Source: Anaeromyxobacteraceae bacterium (GTDB lineage Bacteria; Myxococcota; Myxococcia; Myxococcales; Anaeromyxobacteraceae). Taken from it: 64,000 nucleotides of DNA. Position 1 is the stretch's first letter. Every line of letters begins with the position of its first letter. The notes under the pieces were generated by a model. It made no database searches. It was not told where the DNA came from and was given only the letters and a program-made list of their open reading frames with translations. Position numbers and translations under genes: made by a program. Shown here piece by piece: positions 1 through 11,675 of this stretch. The stretch is from contig JAULAX010000015.1 of the NCBI GenBank assembly GCA_032654565.1, positions 448,001-512,000 on the forward strand, written 5' to 3'.

Positions 1-291
1 GTTGCAGATCAAGGAGAGCGTCGGCTCGGCCATGAACGGGTCGATGACCGCGGTGCTGGGGTCCGGGATCACCAGCATGTCGGAGGCGTGGATGGCCTGC
101 CAGCCGCGGATCGAGGAGCCGTCGAAGCCCAGCCCGTTCTCGAAGACGTCCTCGGAGAGCTCGTAGAGGGGGATGGAGAAGTGCTGCCAGGTGCCGATGA
201 AGTCCATGAACTTCAGGTCGACGTAGGTGGCCTTCTTCTCCTTGGCCAGCTCAAAAACCTGCTTCGGGGTGAGGTTCGCCATCGCGGTCAT
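1..291 (-). CDS. glnA: Glutamine synthetase type I, N-terminal part (runs off window start)
   Basis: Hand translation MTAMANLTPKQVFELAKEKKATYVDLKFMDFIGTWQHFSIP...GLGFDGSSIRGWQAIHASDM matches the GS-I N-terminal motifs; not in ORF track because truncated; alternative start 282. Confidence 0.95.
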   Translation of the reverse strand, partial: MTAMANLTPKQVFELAKEKKATYVDLKFMDFIGTWQHFSIPLYELSEDVFENGLGFDGSSIRGWQAIHASDMLVIPDPSTAVIDPFMAEPTLSLICN

Positions 292-330
292 TTCTCCGAC
301 GTGAGAGAGGGGTCTGCGGTCCGGATCGTT

Positions 331-346
331 AGCACGCGCCGTGCCG
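331..346 (-). promoter_or_regulatory. sigma54 -24/-12 promoter of glnA
   Basis: Minus strand CGGCAC-GGCGC-GTGCT with correctly spaced GG and GC (consensus TGGCAC-N5-TTGC), upstream of glnA. Confidence 0.8.
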
Positions 347-407
347 GTGCTGCGGGGGGATCAAGCTGCCAAATACCCTGCCGAGACAAGGGGCTACCCA
401 AAGGTGG

Positions 408-447
408 TGCACTATTTCCGTGCAGCAGGTTGCCCGCTTTGCGAGCA
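408..447. promoter_or_regulatory. Tandem NtrC enhancer sites upstream of glnA
   Basis: TGCAC-TATTTCC-GTGCA (408-424, perfect TGCAC-N7-GTGCA) and TGCCC-GCTTTGC-GAGCA (431-447), about 100-120 bp upstream of the inferred transcription start. Confidence 0.8.
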
Positions 448-459
448 GCCAGGCGTCGA

Positions 460-1899
<1,440 letters not shown>

Positions 1900-1908
1900 G
1901 GGATCTCC

Positions 1909-2991
1909 CTAAGCAAGGCCGGGGCCAAGGCCGCTCCCCATGTCGAGGGGGAGGTAGATGCTGGCCTCGCAGCCCCCGGCCGACCGGTTGCGGACCTCGA
2001 TGCGCCCGCCGTGGGCGTCGATGATCCGCCGGGAGATGGCCAGCCCCAGCCCGGTGCCGTGCGGCTTGGAGGTGGCGAAGGGGGTGAAGAGCCTGGGCAG
2101 CATGGCCTCGGGGATGCCCGGGCCGTTGTCCTTGACCGAGACCCGCGCCAGGGGGTGGGTGCGGCCGCTGGCGGAGCGGACCCGCTGGCTGGCGACGGCG
2201 GTCTCCAGCAGCAGCTGGGCGCCGTTGCGGCCGGCCAGGGCGTCGAGGGCGTTGCGGACCAGGTTGAGGATCACCTGGGTGAGCTTCTCGTCGTCGCCGC
2301 GCACCCGCGGCAGCGACGGGTCGAACCGCTCCACGATGGTGACGCCGTCGGCGCCGGGGACGCCCCGGGCCAGCACCCGCACGTCGCCGAGCACCTGGTG
2401 GATGTCCACCGGCGCGGTGTGGAGCGCCGCCGGGCGGGCCAGGTCGAGCAGCTCGCGCACCAGGCCGTCGACGCGCCGGGCCTCGCGGGCGATCACCTGG
2501 GCGTAGTCCCGGGCGCTGCCCTCGGCCTCGCGGGCCAGCAGCTCCGCCGAGCCCTGCAGCCCGGCCAGCGGGTTCTTGATCTCGTGGGCCAGGCCGGCGG
2601 CCAGGGCCTCGAAGTCGAGGACCCGCTCGCCGTTGCGCGGGGGGCGCAGCACCACCACCGCCCCCAGGCAGGTGGAGCCGTCGAAGAGCGGCGAGGCCTC
2701 CACCGAGATGGCCAGGCTGCGATCGGCCGGGCTGGGCAGGAAGGAGGCCTGGGTCTCCTGGGAGCGGCGGGCCCGCTCCGCCACCGCCCCCAGCGCCTCG
2801 GCGCCGGGGAGGAGGTGGACCGGCAGCCCCACCGACTGCTCCCGGCTCCGGCCGAAGAGCTCCTCGGCCGGCGGGTTGAGGTGGAGCAGCAGCCCCTCGG
2901 CGTCGACCAGCAGGATGGCGTCGCCGACCGAGTCGACGGCGGCGCGGGCGAGCGCCGCCGTGAGCGCCGGAGGCTGGGCCGAGGCAGCCAA
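1909..2991 (-). CDS. ntrB: NtrB-type PAS sensor histidine kinase
   Basis: PAS-like N-terminus, LAHEIKNPL H-box, NLVRNA, DNGPG, GTGLGL; start uncertain (TTG at 2991 just after glnB stop). Confidence 0.85.
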   Translation of the reverse strand: MAASAQPPALTAALARAAVDSVGDAILLVDAEGLLLHLNPPAEELFGRSREQSVGLPVHLLPGAEALGAVAERARRSQETQASFLPSPADRSLAISVEASPLFDGSTCLGAVVVLRPPRNGERVLDFEALAAGLAHEIKNPLAGLQGSAELLAREAEGSARDYAQVIAREARRVDGLVRELLDLARPAALHTAPVDIHQVLGDVRVLARGVPGADGVTIVERFDPSLPRVRGDDEKLTQVILNLVRNALDALAGRNGAQLLLETAVASQRVRSASGRTHPLARVSVKDNGPGIPEAMLPRLFTPFATSKPHGTGLGLAISRRIIDAHGGRIEVRNRSAGGCEASIYLPLDMGSGLGPGLA

Positions 2992-2996
2992 GGAAC

Positions 2997-3338
<342 letters not shown>

Positions 3339-3366
3339 TCACCTCGTGGATGGAAAAGTGACGCTG

Positions 3367-3444
3367 ACGCTACGCTTCGATGCGGCGACCGGTCAACCGG
3401 CGGCTGCCCGGAAACCGAGCACCGGGGTGCCCGACAACCGGACA
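3367..3444 (-). promoter_or_regulatory. Putative sigma70 promoter of glnB with adjacent NtrC-like sites
   Basis: Minus strand TTGACC (3396-3391)-N18-TAGCGT (3372-3367); TGCCC-N7-GAGCA (3405-3421) and TGCCC-N7-GGACA (3428-3444). Confidence 0.55.
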
Positions 3445-3582
3445 GCCCGCCCGCTTGTCGGGCCGCCCGGACGGACGGATCGCCAGCCCGGCGGGGCGCT
3501 GGCGGACGGGAGGGCTGGACGGGCTGGCCACGGAGGCAGGGGTTGCAACCTGCGGGCCACGGCGGGCGGGTAGACTCCGGCC

Positions 3583-4614
3583 ATGGACGCCCGCCTGCTC
3601 ATCCCCCTGCTGCTCCTGGCCGCGGCCGCCCACCTGCTCTTCTGGCGCTGGCTGCTCTCGGCCCCGGGGCGCCACGACGAGGAGCTGGAGGCGGTGGCCG
3701 AGGATGGCTGGCGGCTCCGCCTCGGCCGGCGGCGGCCGAAGGGGGCGCCGCGGATCACGCCGGTGCTGCTGGTCCACGGGGTGGCCATGAACCGGCAGGC
3801 GCTCGACTTCGGCGTCGAGCGCTACTCGCTGTCGGCGGCGCTGGCGGCGGCCGGGTTCGACTGCTTCGCCCTCGACCTGCGCGGGCACGGCGGCTCGCGG
3901 CGGCGGCCGCCCGGCGTTCACGGTGAGTGGACGCTGGACCACTACCTGGGGCTCGACGTGCCGGCGGCGCTGCAGGCCATCCTCGAGGCCACCGGCGAGC
4001 GGCGGGTGCACTGGGTCGGCCACAGCCAGGGGGCGCTGCTGGGGCTGGCGGCGGCGCAGAAGTACCCGGACCGGATCGCCAGCGTGGTGGCGCTGGCCCC
4101 GCCCATCCGGCTGCCGCTGGGGCCGGTGGAGCACCGGCTCCTTCCCGGGCTGGCCCGCTCCCGGCTCTTCCGCCCGCTGGCCGCGCTGGTGGCGCCCTGG
4201 GCCGGCTGGTGGCAGCCGCGCCGGGCCGGGCTCTCCATCCAGCTCGGCAACATGGAGCGGCCCATCTACCGGCGGCTGCTCATGAACGCCATCGAGGAGC
4301 TGCCGCCCGGCGTGGTCGGCCACTTCGTCGCCCTGGCCCGGGAGGGGCGGCTCGGCTCCTTCGACGGCGCCGAGGACTGGCGCGAGGGGCTGGCGGCCTG
4401 CCGGCAGCCGGCCCTCTTCGTGGCGGCGCCGCGCGACGGGCTGGCGACGCTGGCCGGGGTCGAGGAGGGGCACGCCCGCTGGGGCGGCGAGAAGGCGCTG
4501 CTGGTGGCGGCGCCCGAGGTGGGGCACGGCGACCTGCTGCTCGGCAAGCGGGCCCCCGACGAGCTCTTCCCGGCGGTGCGCGACTGGCTGGTGGCGCGGA
4601 CGCCGCTGCGCTGA
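3583..4614 (+). CDS. Alpha/beta-fold hydrolase with N-terminal membrane anchor
   Basis: LLVHG, DLRGHG, nucleophile elbow GHSQG, C-terminal GHGDLL. Confidence 0.85.
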   Translation: MDARLLIPLLLLAAAAHLLFWRWLLSAPGRHDEELEAVAEDGWRLRLGRRRPKGAPRITPVLLVHGVAMNRQALDFGVERYSLSAALAAAGFDCFALDLRGHGGSRRRPPGVHGEWTLDHYLGLDVPAALQAILEATGERRVHWVGHSQGALLGLAAAQKYPDRIASVVALAPPIRLPLGPVEHRLLPGLARSRLFRPLAALVAPWAGWWQPRRAGLSIQLGNMERPIYRRLLMNAIEELPPGVVGHFVALAREGRLGSFDGAEDWREGLAACRQPALFVAAPRDGLATLAGVEEGHARWGGEKALLVAAPEVGHGDLLLGKRAPDELFPAVRDWLVARTPLR

Positions 4615-4619
4615 TGGGC

Positions 4620-6098
4620 TCAGCCGGCGCGCCACCAGACGCCGTCCCGCTCCACCGCCCGCCCCTGCGCGGCCAGCTTGAGCAGGATGGCCAGGCCGCT
4701 CCGCTGCGCCACCGGCCAGGCCTGCGGCGGCACCTCGGGGTAGGCGCGCTCGGTGATCTCGCCGAGCGAGCCCGGCTGGTCGAGCGCCTCGAGGACCCGG
4801 GCCTCGCGCTCGGCCCGGTGGGCCAGGTAACCGCGCAGCGCCGCCACGCCGCCGGGGGCGGGCTGGCCGTGGGCCGGGTAGAGGGTGTGGGGCTGCAGGT
4901 CGACGAGCCGCTGCAGCTGGCGCTCGTACTCGGCCATGTCCCCCTCGGGGGGATCGATGACGATGGTGGAGAGGGTGGAGAGCATGTCGCCCAGCAGCAG
5001 CGCCCCGGTCTCCTCGTCGTGGAAGACCACGTGGTCGCGGGCGTGACCCGGGGTGAACAGCACCTCCCAGCGGCCGCCCAGCAGCTCGCCCTCGCGCAGC
5101 GGCTTGAAGAGGGTGCCGGGGAGGCGCGGGGCGATGTCGCGGTGGGCGCGGACGGTGAGGCCGCGGGCCGCCAGCGCCGCCACGCCGCCGACGTGGTCGG
5201 CGTGGCCGTGGGTGAGCCAGACCTCGCGGGCCGGGCGCCCCTCGGCGGCCAGGGTCTCGAGGAAGTCGTCGAGCCTGGCCTGCTCCTCGGGCCAGGGGGA
5301 GCCGGGGTCGACCACCGCCACCCGGTCGCCGAGGTCGACGATCCAGCAGTTGGTGTGGGCGGCCGGGGGCAGGGTGGGGGTGCGCAGCGGCAGCTGCCAG
5401 AGCCCCTGCTGGTACTCGAGGCGGCGGGCCGCGCGGCCCGGGTTGCGCAGCGCCTCCAGGTCCGGCGAGGGGCCGCGGGCCAGCACCCGGACCGGCCAGA
5501 GGTTGGGCGGCAGGAAGAGCCGGTCGCCGCGCGACCAGTCGTCGAGGGCGGCGGCCATCGAGCTCCAGGCCCCCTCGGCCAGCTCGCCGGGCCAGACCTC
5601 GGGGGCGTCGTGGTCGCGCCACTCCACCAGGTAGGTGAGGGCGTCGAAGCGCAGGGCGTAGAACTCCGGGGTCACCCAGCGGCCGCCCTCGACGAAGCGG
5701 GCGCCGTCCACCGCGGCGCCGAGCTCGGCCAGCAGCGCCGCGAAGCCGACCTGGCCGGCCAGCAGCCGGGTGCGGTGGGCGGCCAGCGCCGCCGGGGGAT
5801 GGGGGGGGCCGGTGGCGATGAGCACCCCGGCCTCCTCGAAGAGCTCGCGGGCGGCGCAGGCCAGGTCGGCGGGGGCGTTGGGGCCGGGGGCGTGGACCGG
5901 GACCTCCTCGTCCTCGGGATCGCGGCGGCCGCCGGGGAAGGTGGTGAAGCCGGGGGCGAAGCGCTGGGTGGCGCCGCGGCGGACCAGGAAGGCCTCCAGC
6001 CCGCGGGGGCCGGGGCGCCAGAGGATGACCGAGGCGGCGCGGCGAGGGGTGGCGGGCGTCGGCGGCGGGCCGAGGTGGGGGCCGATGAGCTCGCTCAC
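4620..6098 (-). CDS. NUDIX hydrolase / metallo-beta-lactamase-fold fusion protein
   Basis: Nudix-like FPGG...ARELFEEAG in N-terminal half; THGHADH, TPGH, GD, PAHG MBL motifs in C-terminal half. Confidence 0.85.
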   Translation of the reverse strand: MSELIGPHLGPPPTPATPRRAASVILWRPGPRGLEAFLVRRGATQRFAPGFTTFPGGRRDPEDEEVPVHAPGPNAPADLACAARELFEEAGVLIATGPPHPPAALAAHRTRLLAGQVGFAALLAELGAAVDGARFVEGGRWVTPEFYALRFDALTYLVEWRDHDAPEVWPGELAEGAWSSMAAALDDWSRGDRLFLPPNLWPVRVLARGPSPDLEALRNPGRAARRLEYQQGLWQLPLRTPTLPPAAHTNCWIVDLGDRVAVVDPGSPWPEEQARLDDFLETLAAEGRPAREVWLTHGHADHVGGVAALAARGLTVRAHRDIAPRLPGTLFKPLREGELLGGRWEVLFTPGHARDHVVFHDEETGALLLGDMLSTLSTIVIDPPEGDMAEYERQLQRLVDLQPHTLYPAHGQPAPGGVAALRGYLAHRAEREARVLEALDQPGSLGEITERAYPEVPPQAWPVAQRSGLAILLKLAAQGRAVERDGVWWRAG

Positions 6099-7285
6099 AC
6101 CGGGATCCGGACCAGCTCCTGCTGCACCTTCCCGTAGACGTGCGGGCCGTCGGCGCGCAGCACCACATCGATCTCGGTGCGGACGCCCATCCCCTCGGCG
6201 GGGAGGTAGATGCCGGGCTCGATGGAGAAGGCCAGGCCGGGGACCAGCGGGCGGGTGTCGTGGGTCTCCAGGTCGTCGAGGTTGGCGCCGTCGCCGTGGA
6301 CGCGGACGCCGATGGAGTGGCCGGTGCGGTGGATGAAGGCCTCGCCGAAGCCCTGGGCGGCGATGGTGTCGCGGACGGTGCGGTCGACCTGCCAGCCCTG
6401 CAGGGTCTGGCCGGCGGCGTGGGCGCGCTGCAGCTGGGCGAAGCCGGCGTCGCGGCCGTCGGCGGCGGCGCGGAAGATGCGGGCCATCTTCTCCGGCGGC
6501 CGGTCGCCGCAGAAGCCCATCCAGGTGATGTCGGCGTAGACGTCGTCGGGGCCGGTGTGGCGGGCCCAGAGGTCGATGAGGACCAGGTCGCCTTTCCGGA
6601 TCCGGGTGGGGGTGGCGTCGGAGGGCTCGTAGTGCGGATCGCCGGCGTGGCCGTTGACGGCGACGATGGGGGCGTGGTCGTACTCCAGGCCGGCCTCGGT
6701 GAAGCGGTCGGTGAGGAAGCGCTGGACCTCGGTCTCGGTGGGCGAGCCCCCGGCCCGGAGCCGCTCGCCGAGGTGGGCGAAGGCGGCGTCCTTGGCGGCG
6801 TCGATGGTGGCCAGGGCGCGGCGGTGGCTCTCCACCTGGGCGTCGGTCCAGCGGCAGAGGAAGTGCTGCACCAGCTCGGCGGAGGAGACCACGGTGGCGC
6901 CGAAGCCGCGGACCACCTCGAGGGTGCCGGCGTCGACGCGGGAGAGGTAGGGGATGGCCGCCTCGGGGCAGTACTCCATGGCCAGCCGGGGGGCCCGGGG
7001 GAGCGTCGCGAACAGCTCACCGAGGGCGGCCCGCAGCGACTGCCAGGAGGCGTACCCGGTGCGCCGGCCCGGGACCTCCGGGGGGAAGGAGCCGAGCTCG
7101 ATGGCGTGGACGATGAGCTGCGGCTCGCCGCGGGCGGGGACCAGGTAGTACCAGCGCCGGGTCAGCATCCGCCCGCCCAGCCCCAGGGCGGTGAGCGCGG
7201 TGGGGTTCTGGCCGTGGAAGTCGTAGAGGAGCCAGCCGTCCAGCTGCTGCTCGACGAGGGCCTGCTGGAGGGCGGGGATGTCCAT
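6095..7285 (-). CDS. M24 family (Xaa-Pro) peptidase
   Basis: Starts MDIPALQQ; DLVLIDLW, YADIT, HRTGHSIG, SIEPGIY, GVRTE metal ligands; upstream part of the track ORF is spurious. Confidence 0.9.
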   Translation of the reverse strand: MDIPALQQALVEQQLDGWLLYDFHGQNPTALTALGLGGRMLTRRWYYLVPARGEPQLIVHAIELGSFPPEVPGRRTGYASWQSLRAALGELFATLPRAPRLAMEYCPEAAIPYLSRVDAGTLEVVRGFGATVVSSAELVQHFLCRWTDAQVESHRRALATIDAAKDAAFAHLGERLRAGGSPTETEVQRFLTDRFTEAGLEYDHAPIVAVNGHAGDPHYEPSDATPTRIRKGDLVLIDLWARHTGPDDVYADITWMGFCGDRPPEKMARIFRAAADGRDAGFAQLQRAHAAGQTLQGWQVDRTVRDTIAAQGFGEAFIHRTGHSIGVRVHGDGANLDDLETHDTRPLVPGLAFSIEPGIYLPAEGMGVRTEIDVVLRADGPHVYGKVQQELVRIPV

Positions 7286-7350
7286 CCGCGCGTTGTAGCG
7301 CCGCGGGAGCCCCACGGCAACGCGACCGGCGCCCCGGGGGTGGATCCGGG

Positions 7351-8817
7351 CTAGATCGGGACCCGGTAGCGCGGCCCCGACCCGGCCTCGCCGGCGCGGG
7401 GGATCTGGTGCAGCCGGACGGAGTTGGTCATCCCGGCCACGCCCACCGGCGAGCCGTACACCAGCACCAGCCGGTCGCCGGGCCGGGCGATCCCGTCGGC
7501 CACCAGCCGCTCCGCCACCGCCTCGGCCATGGCGTCGGCGTTCTTCACCGGCTCCATCAGGGCCGGGATCACCCCCCAGTAGAGCGCGCAGCGCCGCCGC
7601 ACCGACTGGTCGGTGGAGAAGGCCACCACCGGCACCGCCGGCCGGAAGTGGGCCAGCAGCCGCGCCGTGGAGCCCGACATGGTGAAGCAGCAGACGGCCA
7701 CCGCCCCCGAGCTCCCCGCCGCCCGGCAGGCCGCCGCCGCCACCACCTCGTCCATGGGGGCCGGCACCGCCTCGGTCAGCCCCGGGACCCGGCGGGTCCC
7801 GGCCGTGGCCTCCGCCTCCCGCACGATCCGGTCCATCATCTGCACCGCCGCCAGCGGGTGGCGGCCGCTGGCGGTCTCGCCCGAGAGCATCACCGCGTCG
7901 GCGCCGTCCCAGATGCCGTTGGCCACGTCGCTGGCCTCGGCGCGGGTGGGGCGCGGGTGGTCGATCATCGAGTTGAGCATCTGGGTGGCGATGATCACCG
8001 GCTTCCCCAGGGCGTTGGCCTTCTGGCAGAGCATCTTCTGGATGCCCGGCACCCGCTCCGGCGCGATCTCCACGCCGAGGTCGCCGCGGGCCACCATCAG
8101 CCCGTCGGCGGCGGCCAGGATGGCGTCGATCTCGTCGAGCGCCTCCGGCTTCTCGATCTTGGCGATCACCGGCACCACCCGGCCGGCCTGCTCCATGAGC
8201 CGCCGGCAGAGCAGCACGTCCTGCGCCGTCCGCACGAAGGAGAGGGCCACGGCGTCGACGCCGTTGGCCAGGCCGAAGGCCAGGTCGGCCTTGTCCTTGT
8301 CGCTCATGGCCTCGGTGCGCAGCGCCACGCCGGGCAGGTTGATCCCCTTGTTCTCGCCGAGCGGCCCGCCCTCCACCACCTCGGCGGTCACCTTGACGCC
8401 GTCGGTGGAGAGCACCCGCAGCTCGAGCAGGCCGTCGTCGATGAGCAGCCGGTCGCCCGGCTTCACGTCCTCGGCCAGGTGCAGGTAGGTGGTCGAGACC
8501 AGGTGCTCGTCGCCGACCACCTCGCCGGCGGTGGTGATGTCGATGCGCTGGCCGGTCACCAGCGTCACCCCGGCCCGCCCGGCCTTGAGCGGGCCGGTGC
8601 GGATCTTGGGTCCCTGCAGGTCCTGGAGCACCGCCACCGGCTTGCCGAGGTGGCGCGACGCGGCGCGGATCCGGCCCAGCGTCGCGGCGTGGTCGGCGTG
8701 GCTCCCGTGGGAGAAGTTGAGCCGGGCCACGTCGACGCCGTTGGCGAGCAGCTGCTCGAGGGCCTCGGGGGTGGCGGTGGCGGGTCCGATGGTGGCGACG
8801 ATCTTGGCGCGGCGCAT
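7351..8817 (-). CDS. pyk: Pyruvate kinase
   Basis: KIVATIGPA, RLNFSHG, DLQGPKIR, IAKIEK, MVARGDLGVE, ATQMLNSM, PTRAE, MLSGETA. Confidence 0.97.
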   Translation of the reverse strand: MRRAKIVATIGPATATPEALEQLLANGVDVARLNFSHGSHADHAATLGRIRAASRHLGKPVAVLQDLQGPKIRTGPLKAGRAGVTLVTGQRIDITTAGEVVGDEHLVSTTYLHLAEDVKPGDRLLIDDGLLELRVLSTDGVKVTAEVVEGGPLGENKGINLPGVALRTEAMSDKDKADLAFGLANGVDAVALSFVRTAQDVLLCRRLMEQAGRVVPVIAKIEKPEALDEIDAILAAADGLMVARGDLGVEIAPERVPGIQKMLCQKANALGKPVIIATQMLNSMIDHPRPTRAEASDVANGIWDGADAVMLSGETASGRHPLAAVQMMDRIVREAEATAGTRRVPGLTEAVPAPMDEVVAAAACRAAGSSGAVAVCCFTMSGSTARLLAHFRPAVPVVAFSTDQSVRRRCALYWGVIPALMEPVKNADAMAEAVAERLVADGIARPGDRLVLVYGSPVGVAGMTNSVRLHQIPRAGEAGSGPRYRVPI

Positions 8818-8918
8818 GGCGCCTTGTACCTTCCGGGGGCGGCCGGGGTCCAGTCACGCCGAGGTCACGCCGGTCCCAGGGTTGTCCGGGCGCTCGCGGG
8901 GCGCTACCTTCGCCTGCC

Positions 8919-10361
8919 ATGGACCACCCCGCGCTCCTCCGCCGGCTCGAGAAGCTCCAGCGCCTGCTCGAGGTGGCGCGGGCCATGACCGCCGAGCGCC
9001 GCCTCCCCCACCTGCTCCAGACCATCAACGACGCCGCCGCCGGCGTCGCCGAGGCCGACCGCTGCAGCATCTTCGTGGTCGACCGCGAGCGCGGCGAGCT
9101 CTGGACCCCGGTGGCCCACGGCACCGGCGAGATCCGCATCCCGCTCGGCGCCGGCATCGCCGGGGCGGTGGCCGCCTCCGGGGTCTCCATCCGCATCCCC
9201 GACGCCTACGCCGACCCCCGCTTCAACCCCGAGGTCGACGCCGCCACCGGCTACCGGACCCGCAACATCCTCTGCGTCCCCATGATCAACACCACCGGTG
9301 AACCGACCGGGGTGATCCAGGCGCTCAACCGGCGCGACGGCAGCTTCGGCGACGAGGACGAGGAGCTGCTGCAGGCCCTGGCCGGCCCGGCCGCCAGCGC
9401 CGTGGAGAACGCCCTGCTCCACGAGGAGATCGAGCGGCTCTTCGAGGGCTTCGTGCAGGCCTCGGTCACCGCCATCGAGTCCCGCGACCCCACCACCGCC
9501 GGCCACTCCGGCCGCGTCGCCACCCTCACCGTCGGCCTGGCCCGCGCCGTCGAGCAGGCCCCGCCCCCGCCCTGGCGCGGCGTCCGCTTCGAGGCGGCCG
9601 CCCTGCAGCAGCTCCGCTACGCCGCCCTGCTCCACGACTTCGGCAAGGTCGGGGTGCGCGAGCACGTCCTCACCAAGGCCGACAAGCTCCACCCCCACCA
9701 GCTCGACCAGCTCAAGGGGCGCTTCGAGCTGGCCCGGGCCATGCTCGAGAACGACCGGCTGCGGGCCCGCCTGGCCGGCCACAGCGAGGCCGAGGTGGAC
9801 GAGCGGCTGGCCGAGCTCGACGCCTGCCTCGAGGTGGTGCTGGTGGCCAACCGGCCGGCGGTGCTGGCCGAGGCCGCCTCGGCCAGGCTGGCCGAGCTGG
9901 CCGGGCGGACCTTCACCGACCCGCGCGGCGAGCCCCGCCACCTGGTGAGCGCCGACGAGCTCTCGCTGCTCTCCATCCCGCGCGGCTCGCTCTCCGAGGC
10001 GGAGCGGCGCGAGATCGAGAGCCACGTCACCCACACCTTCCGCTTCCTCTCGCAGATCCCCTGGACCCGGGCGCTGCGCCGCATCCCGGAGATCGCCTAC
10101 GGCCACCACGAGAAGCTCGACGGCCACGGCTACCCGCGCTCCATGGCCGCCCCGTCCATCGGCGTGGAGACGCGGATGATGACCATCGCCGACATCTTCG
10201 ACGCCCTGACCGCCAGCGACCGCCCCTACAAGAAGGCGCTCCCGGTGGAGCGGGCCCTCGACATCCTCGGCGACGAGGTGAAGCGCGGGCAGGTGGACGC
10301 CTCGCTCTTCGGCGTCTTCGTCGAGTCCAAGCCCTGGCTGGCGCCGCCGCCGGGGACGTGA
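8919..10361 (+). CDS. GAF + HD-GYP cyclic di-nucleotide phosphodiesterase
   Basis: GAF ([19 protein letters not shown]), [37 protein letters not shown]. Confidence 0.92.
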   Translation: MDHPALLRRLEKLQRLLEVARAMTAERRLPHLLQTINDAAAGVAEADRCSIFVVDRERGELWTPVAHGTGEIRIPLGAGIAGAVAASGVSIRIPDAYADPRFNPEVDAATGYRTRNILCVPMINTTGEPTGVIQALNRRDGSFGDEDEELLQALAGPAASAVENALLHEEIERLFEGFVQASVTAIESRDPTTAGHSGRVATLTVGLARAVEQAPPPPWRGVRFEAAALQQLRYAALLHDFGKVGVREHVLTKADKLHPHQLDQLKGRFELARAMLENDRLRARLAGHSEAEVDERLAELDACLEVVLVANRPAVLAEAASARLAELAGRTFTDPRGEPRHLVSADELSLLSIPRGSLSEAERREIESHVTHTFRFLSQIPWTRALRRIPEIAYGHHEKLDGHGYPRSMAAPSIGVETRMMTIADIFDALTASDRPYKKALPVERALDILGDEVKRGQVDASLFGVFVESKPWLAPPPGT

Positions 10362-10365
10362 CCGC

Positions 10366-11385
10366 GTGCTCCACCTGGCCGGACAGGACAGCCGGGCGCT
10401 GGCCGAGCGCGCCGGGATCACCCTCACCGACGCCCGCCGCGTCCTCGGCGCCGTGGTGGGGCGCGGCCAGCCGCTGCGCGCCGCCCGCAACGTCCGGCGC
10501 GAGGTGATGGACCGGCTCGAGGCCCTGGCCACGCCCGGCGTCCTGCGCGAGCTGGAGCGGGTCGACGCCGCCGACGGCTTCCGCAAGTACCTGCTGGCCT
10601 GCCCCGACGGGGTGCGCGTCGAGGCGGTGCGCATCCCGCTCTTCGACACCCACCACGTCGCCTGCCTCTCCTCGCAGGCCGGCTGCGCCATGGACTGCGC
10701 CTTCTGCGCCACCGGCCGGCTCGGCCTGACCCGCTCGCTGGCCGCCTGGGAGATGGTGGCGCAGCTGCTCCACCTGCGCGCCGACTCGACCCGCCCCATC
10801 ACCGGCGTGGTCTTCATGGGGCAGGGCGAGCCCTTCGCCAACTACGAGGCGGTCATCGACGCCGCCTACGCGCTCTGCGATCCGGCCGGCGCCCGCATCG
10901 ACGGCCGCCGCATCTCCATCTCCACGGTGGGGCTGGTGCCGCAGCTGCGCCGCTACACCGCCGAGGGGCACAAGTTCCGGCTCTGCATCTCGCTCAACGC
11001 CGCCATCCCGGAGAAGCGCCGGGCCCTGATGCCGGTCGACAAGGCCTGGCCGCTCGACGAGCTGATGGACGCGGTACGCGAGCACGCCGCGGCGCGCGGC
11101 CGGGTGACGCTGGAGTACGTGATGATGGCCGGCCTCAACACCGGCGAGGAGGACGCCGTGGCGCTGGGCCTCCTCCTGCGCGACCTGCCGGTGCGACTCA
11201 ACCCCATCGCCGTCAACGACGCCACCGGCCGCTACCGGCCCCCCGGCGAGGCCGAGTGGCAGCTGTTCCGCGACCAGCTGGCCCGCCACCTCCCCGGCCA
11301 GCCCATCGTGCGCCGCTACTCCGGCGGGCAGGACCAGCACGCCGCCTGCGGCATGCTGGCGTCGCGTCAGCTCGCCGACGGCTGA
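10366..11385 (+). CDS. RlmN/Cfr-family radical SAM RNA methyltransferase (divergent)
   Basis: [41 protein letters not shown]-terminal AACGML. Confidence 0.85.
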   Translation: MLHLAGQDSRALAERAGITLTDARRVLGAVVGRGQPLRAARNVRREVMDRLEALATPGVLRELERVDAADGFRKYLLACPDGVRVEAVRIPLFDTHHVACLSSQAGCAMDCAFCATGRLGLTRSLAAWEMVAQLLHLRADSTRPITGVVFMGQGEPFANYEAVIDAAYALCDPAGARIDGRRISISTVGLVPQLRRYTAEGHKFRLCISLNAAIPEKRRALMPVDKAWPLDELMDAVREHAAARGRVTLEYVMMAGLNTGEEDAVALGLLLRDLPVRLNPIAVNDATGRYRPPGEAEWQLFRDQLARHLPGQPIVRRYSGGQDQHAACGMLASRQLADG

Positions 11386-11675
11386 GCCGGCGCCGCCGGT
11401 GGAGCGGCCGGGGGCGGGGAGGGCTTCGGGGGCGCGGGCGACGGACCGGGCTCGGGCCGGGGCGGCCTGGCCCGGGGCGGCTCGGCCCCCTCGGGCACCA
11501 GCAGGTCGAGCCGGTCGAGCAGGTCGAGCTGCTCCAGCAGCTCGAGGTGGCGCAGCAGCTCCTCGTCATCGGCAGCCCCCGGCTCGGCCGCGGGCGGCGG
11601 CGCGGGGGGCGCGGGGCGGGCCGGCGCCGCCGGGGGCGCGGCCAGGAGCAGCAGGGCGGCGAGCGGGGCGATCAT
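11367..11675 (-). CDS. Small secreted Pro-rich protein with acidic Leu-rich helix
   Basis: [13 protein letters not shown] signal-like N-terminus; [28 protein letters not shown] overlap with upstream gene. Confidence 0.65.
   Translation of the reverse strand: MIAPLAALLLLAAPPAAPARPAPPAPPPAAEPGAADDEELLRHLELLEQLDLLDRLDLLVPEGAEPPRARPPRPEPGPSPAPPKPSPPPAAPPAAPAQPSAS

Noticed and set aside
3370..7020. 1216-aa minus-strand ORF
   Set aside because: Arg/Pro/Ala-rich off-frame translation overlapping three well-supported genes
7286..9196. Apparent 1033-aa peptidase with long N-terminal extension
   Set aside because: The extension overlaps pyk in another frame; the peptidase starts at 7285
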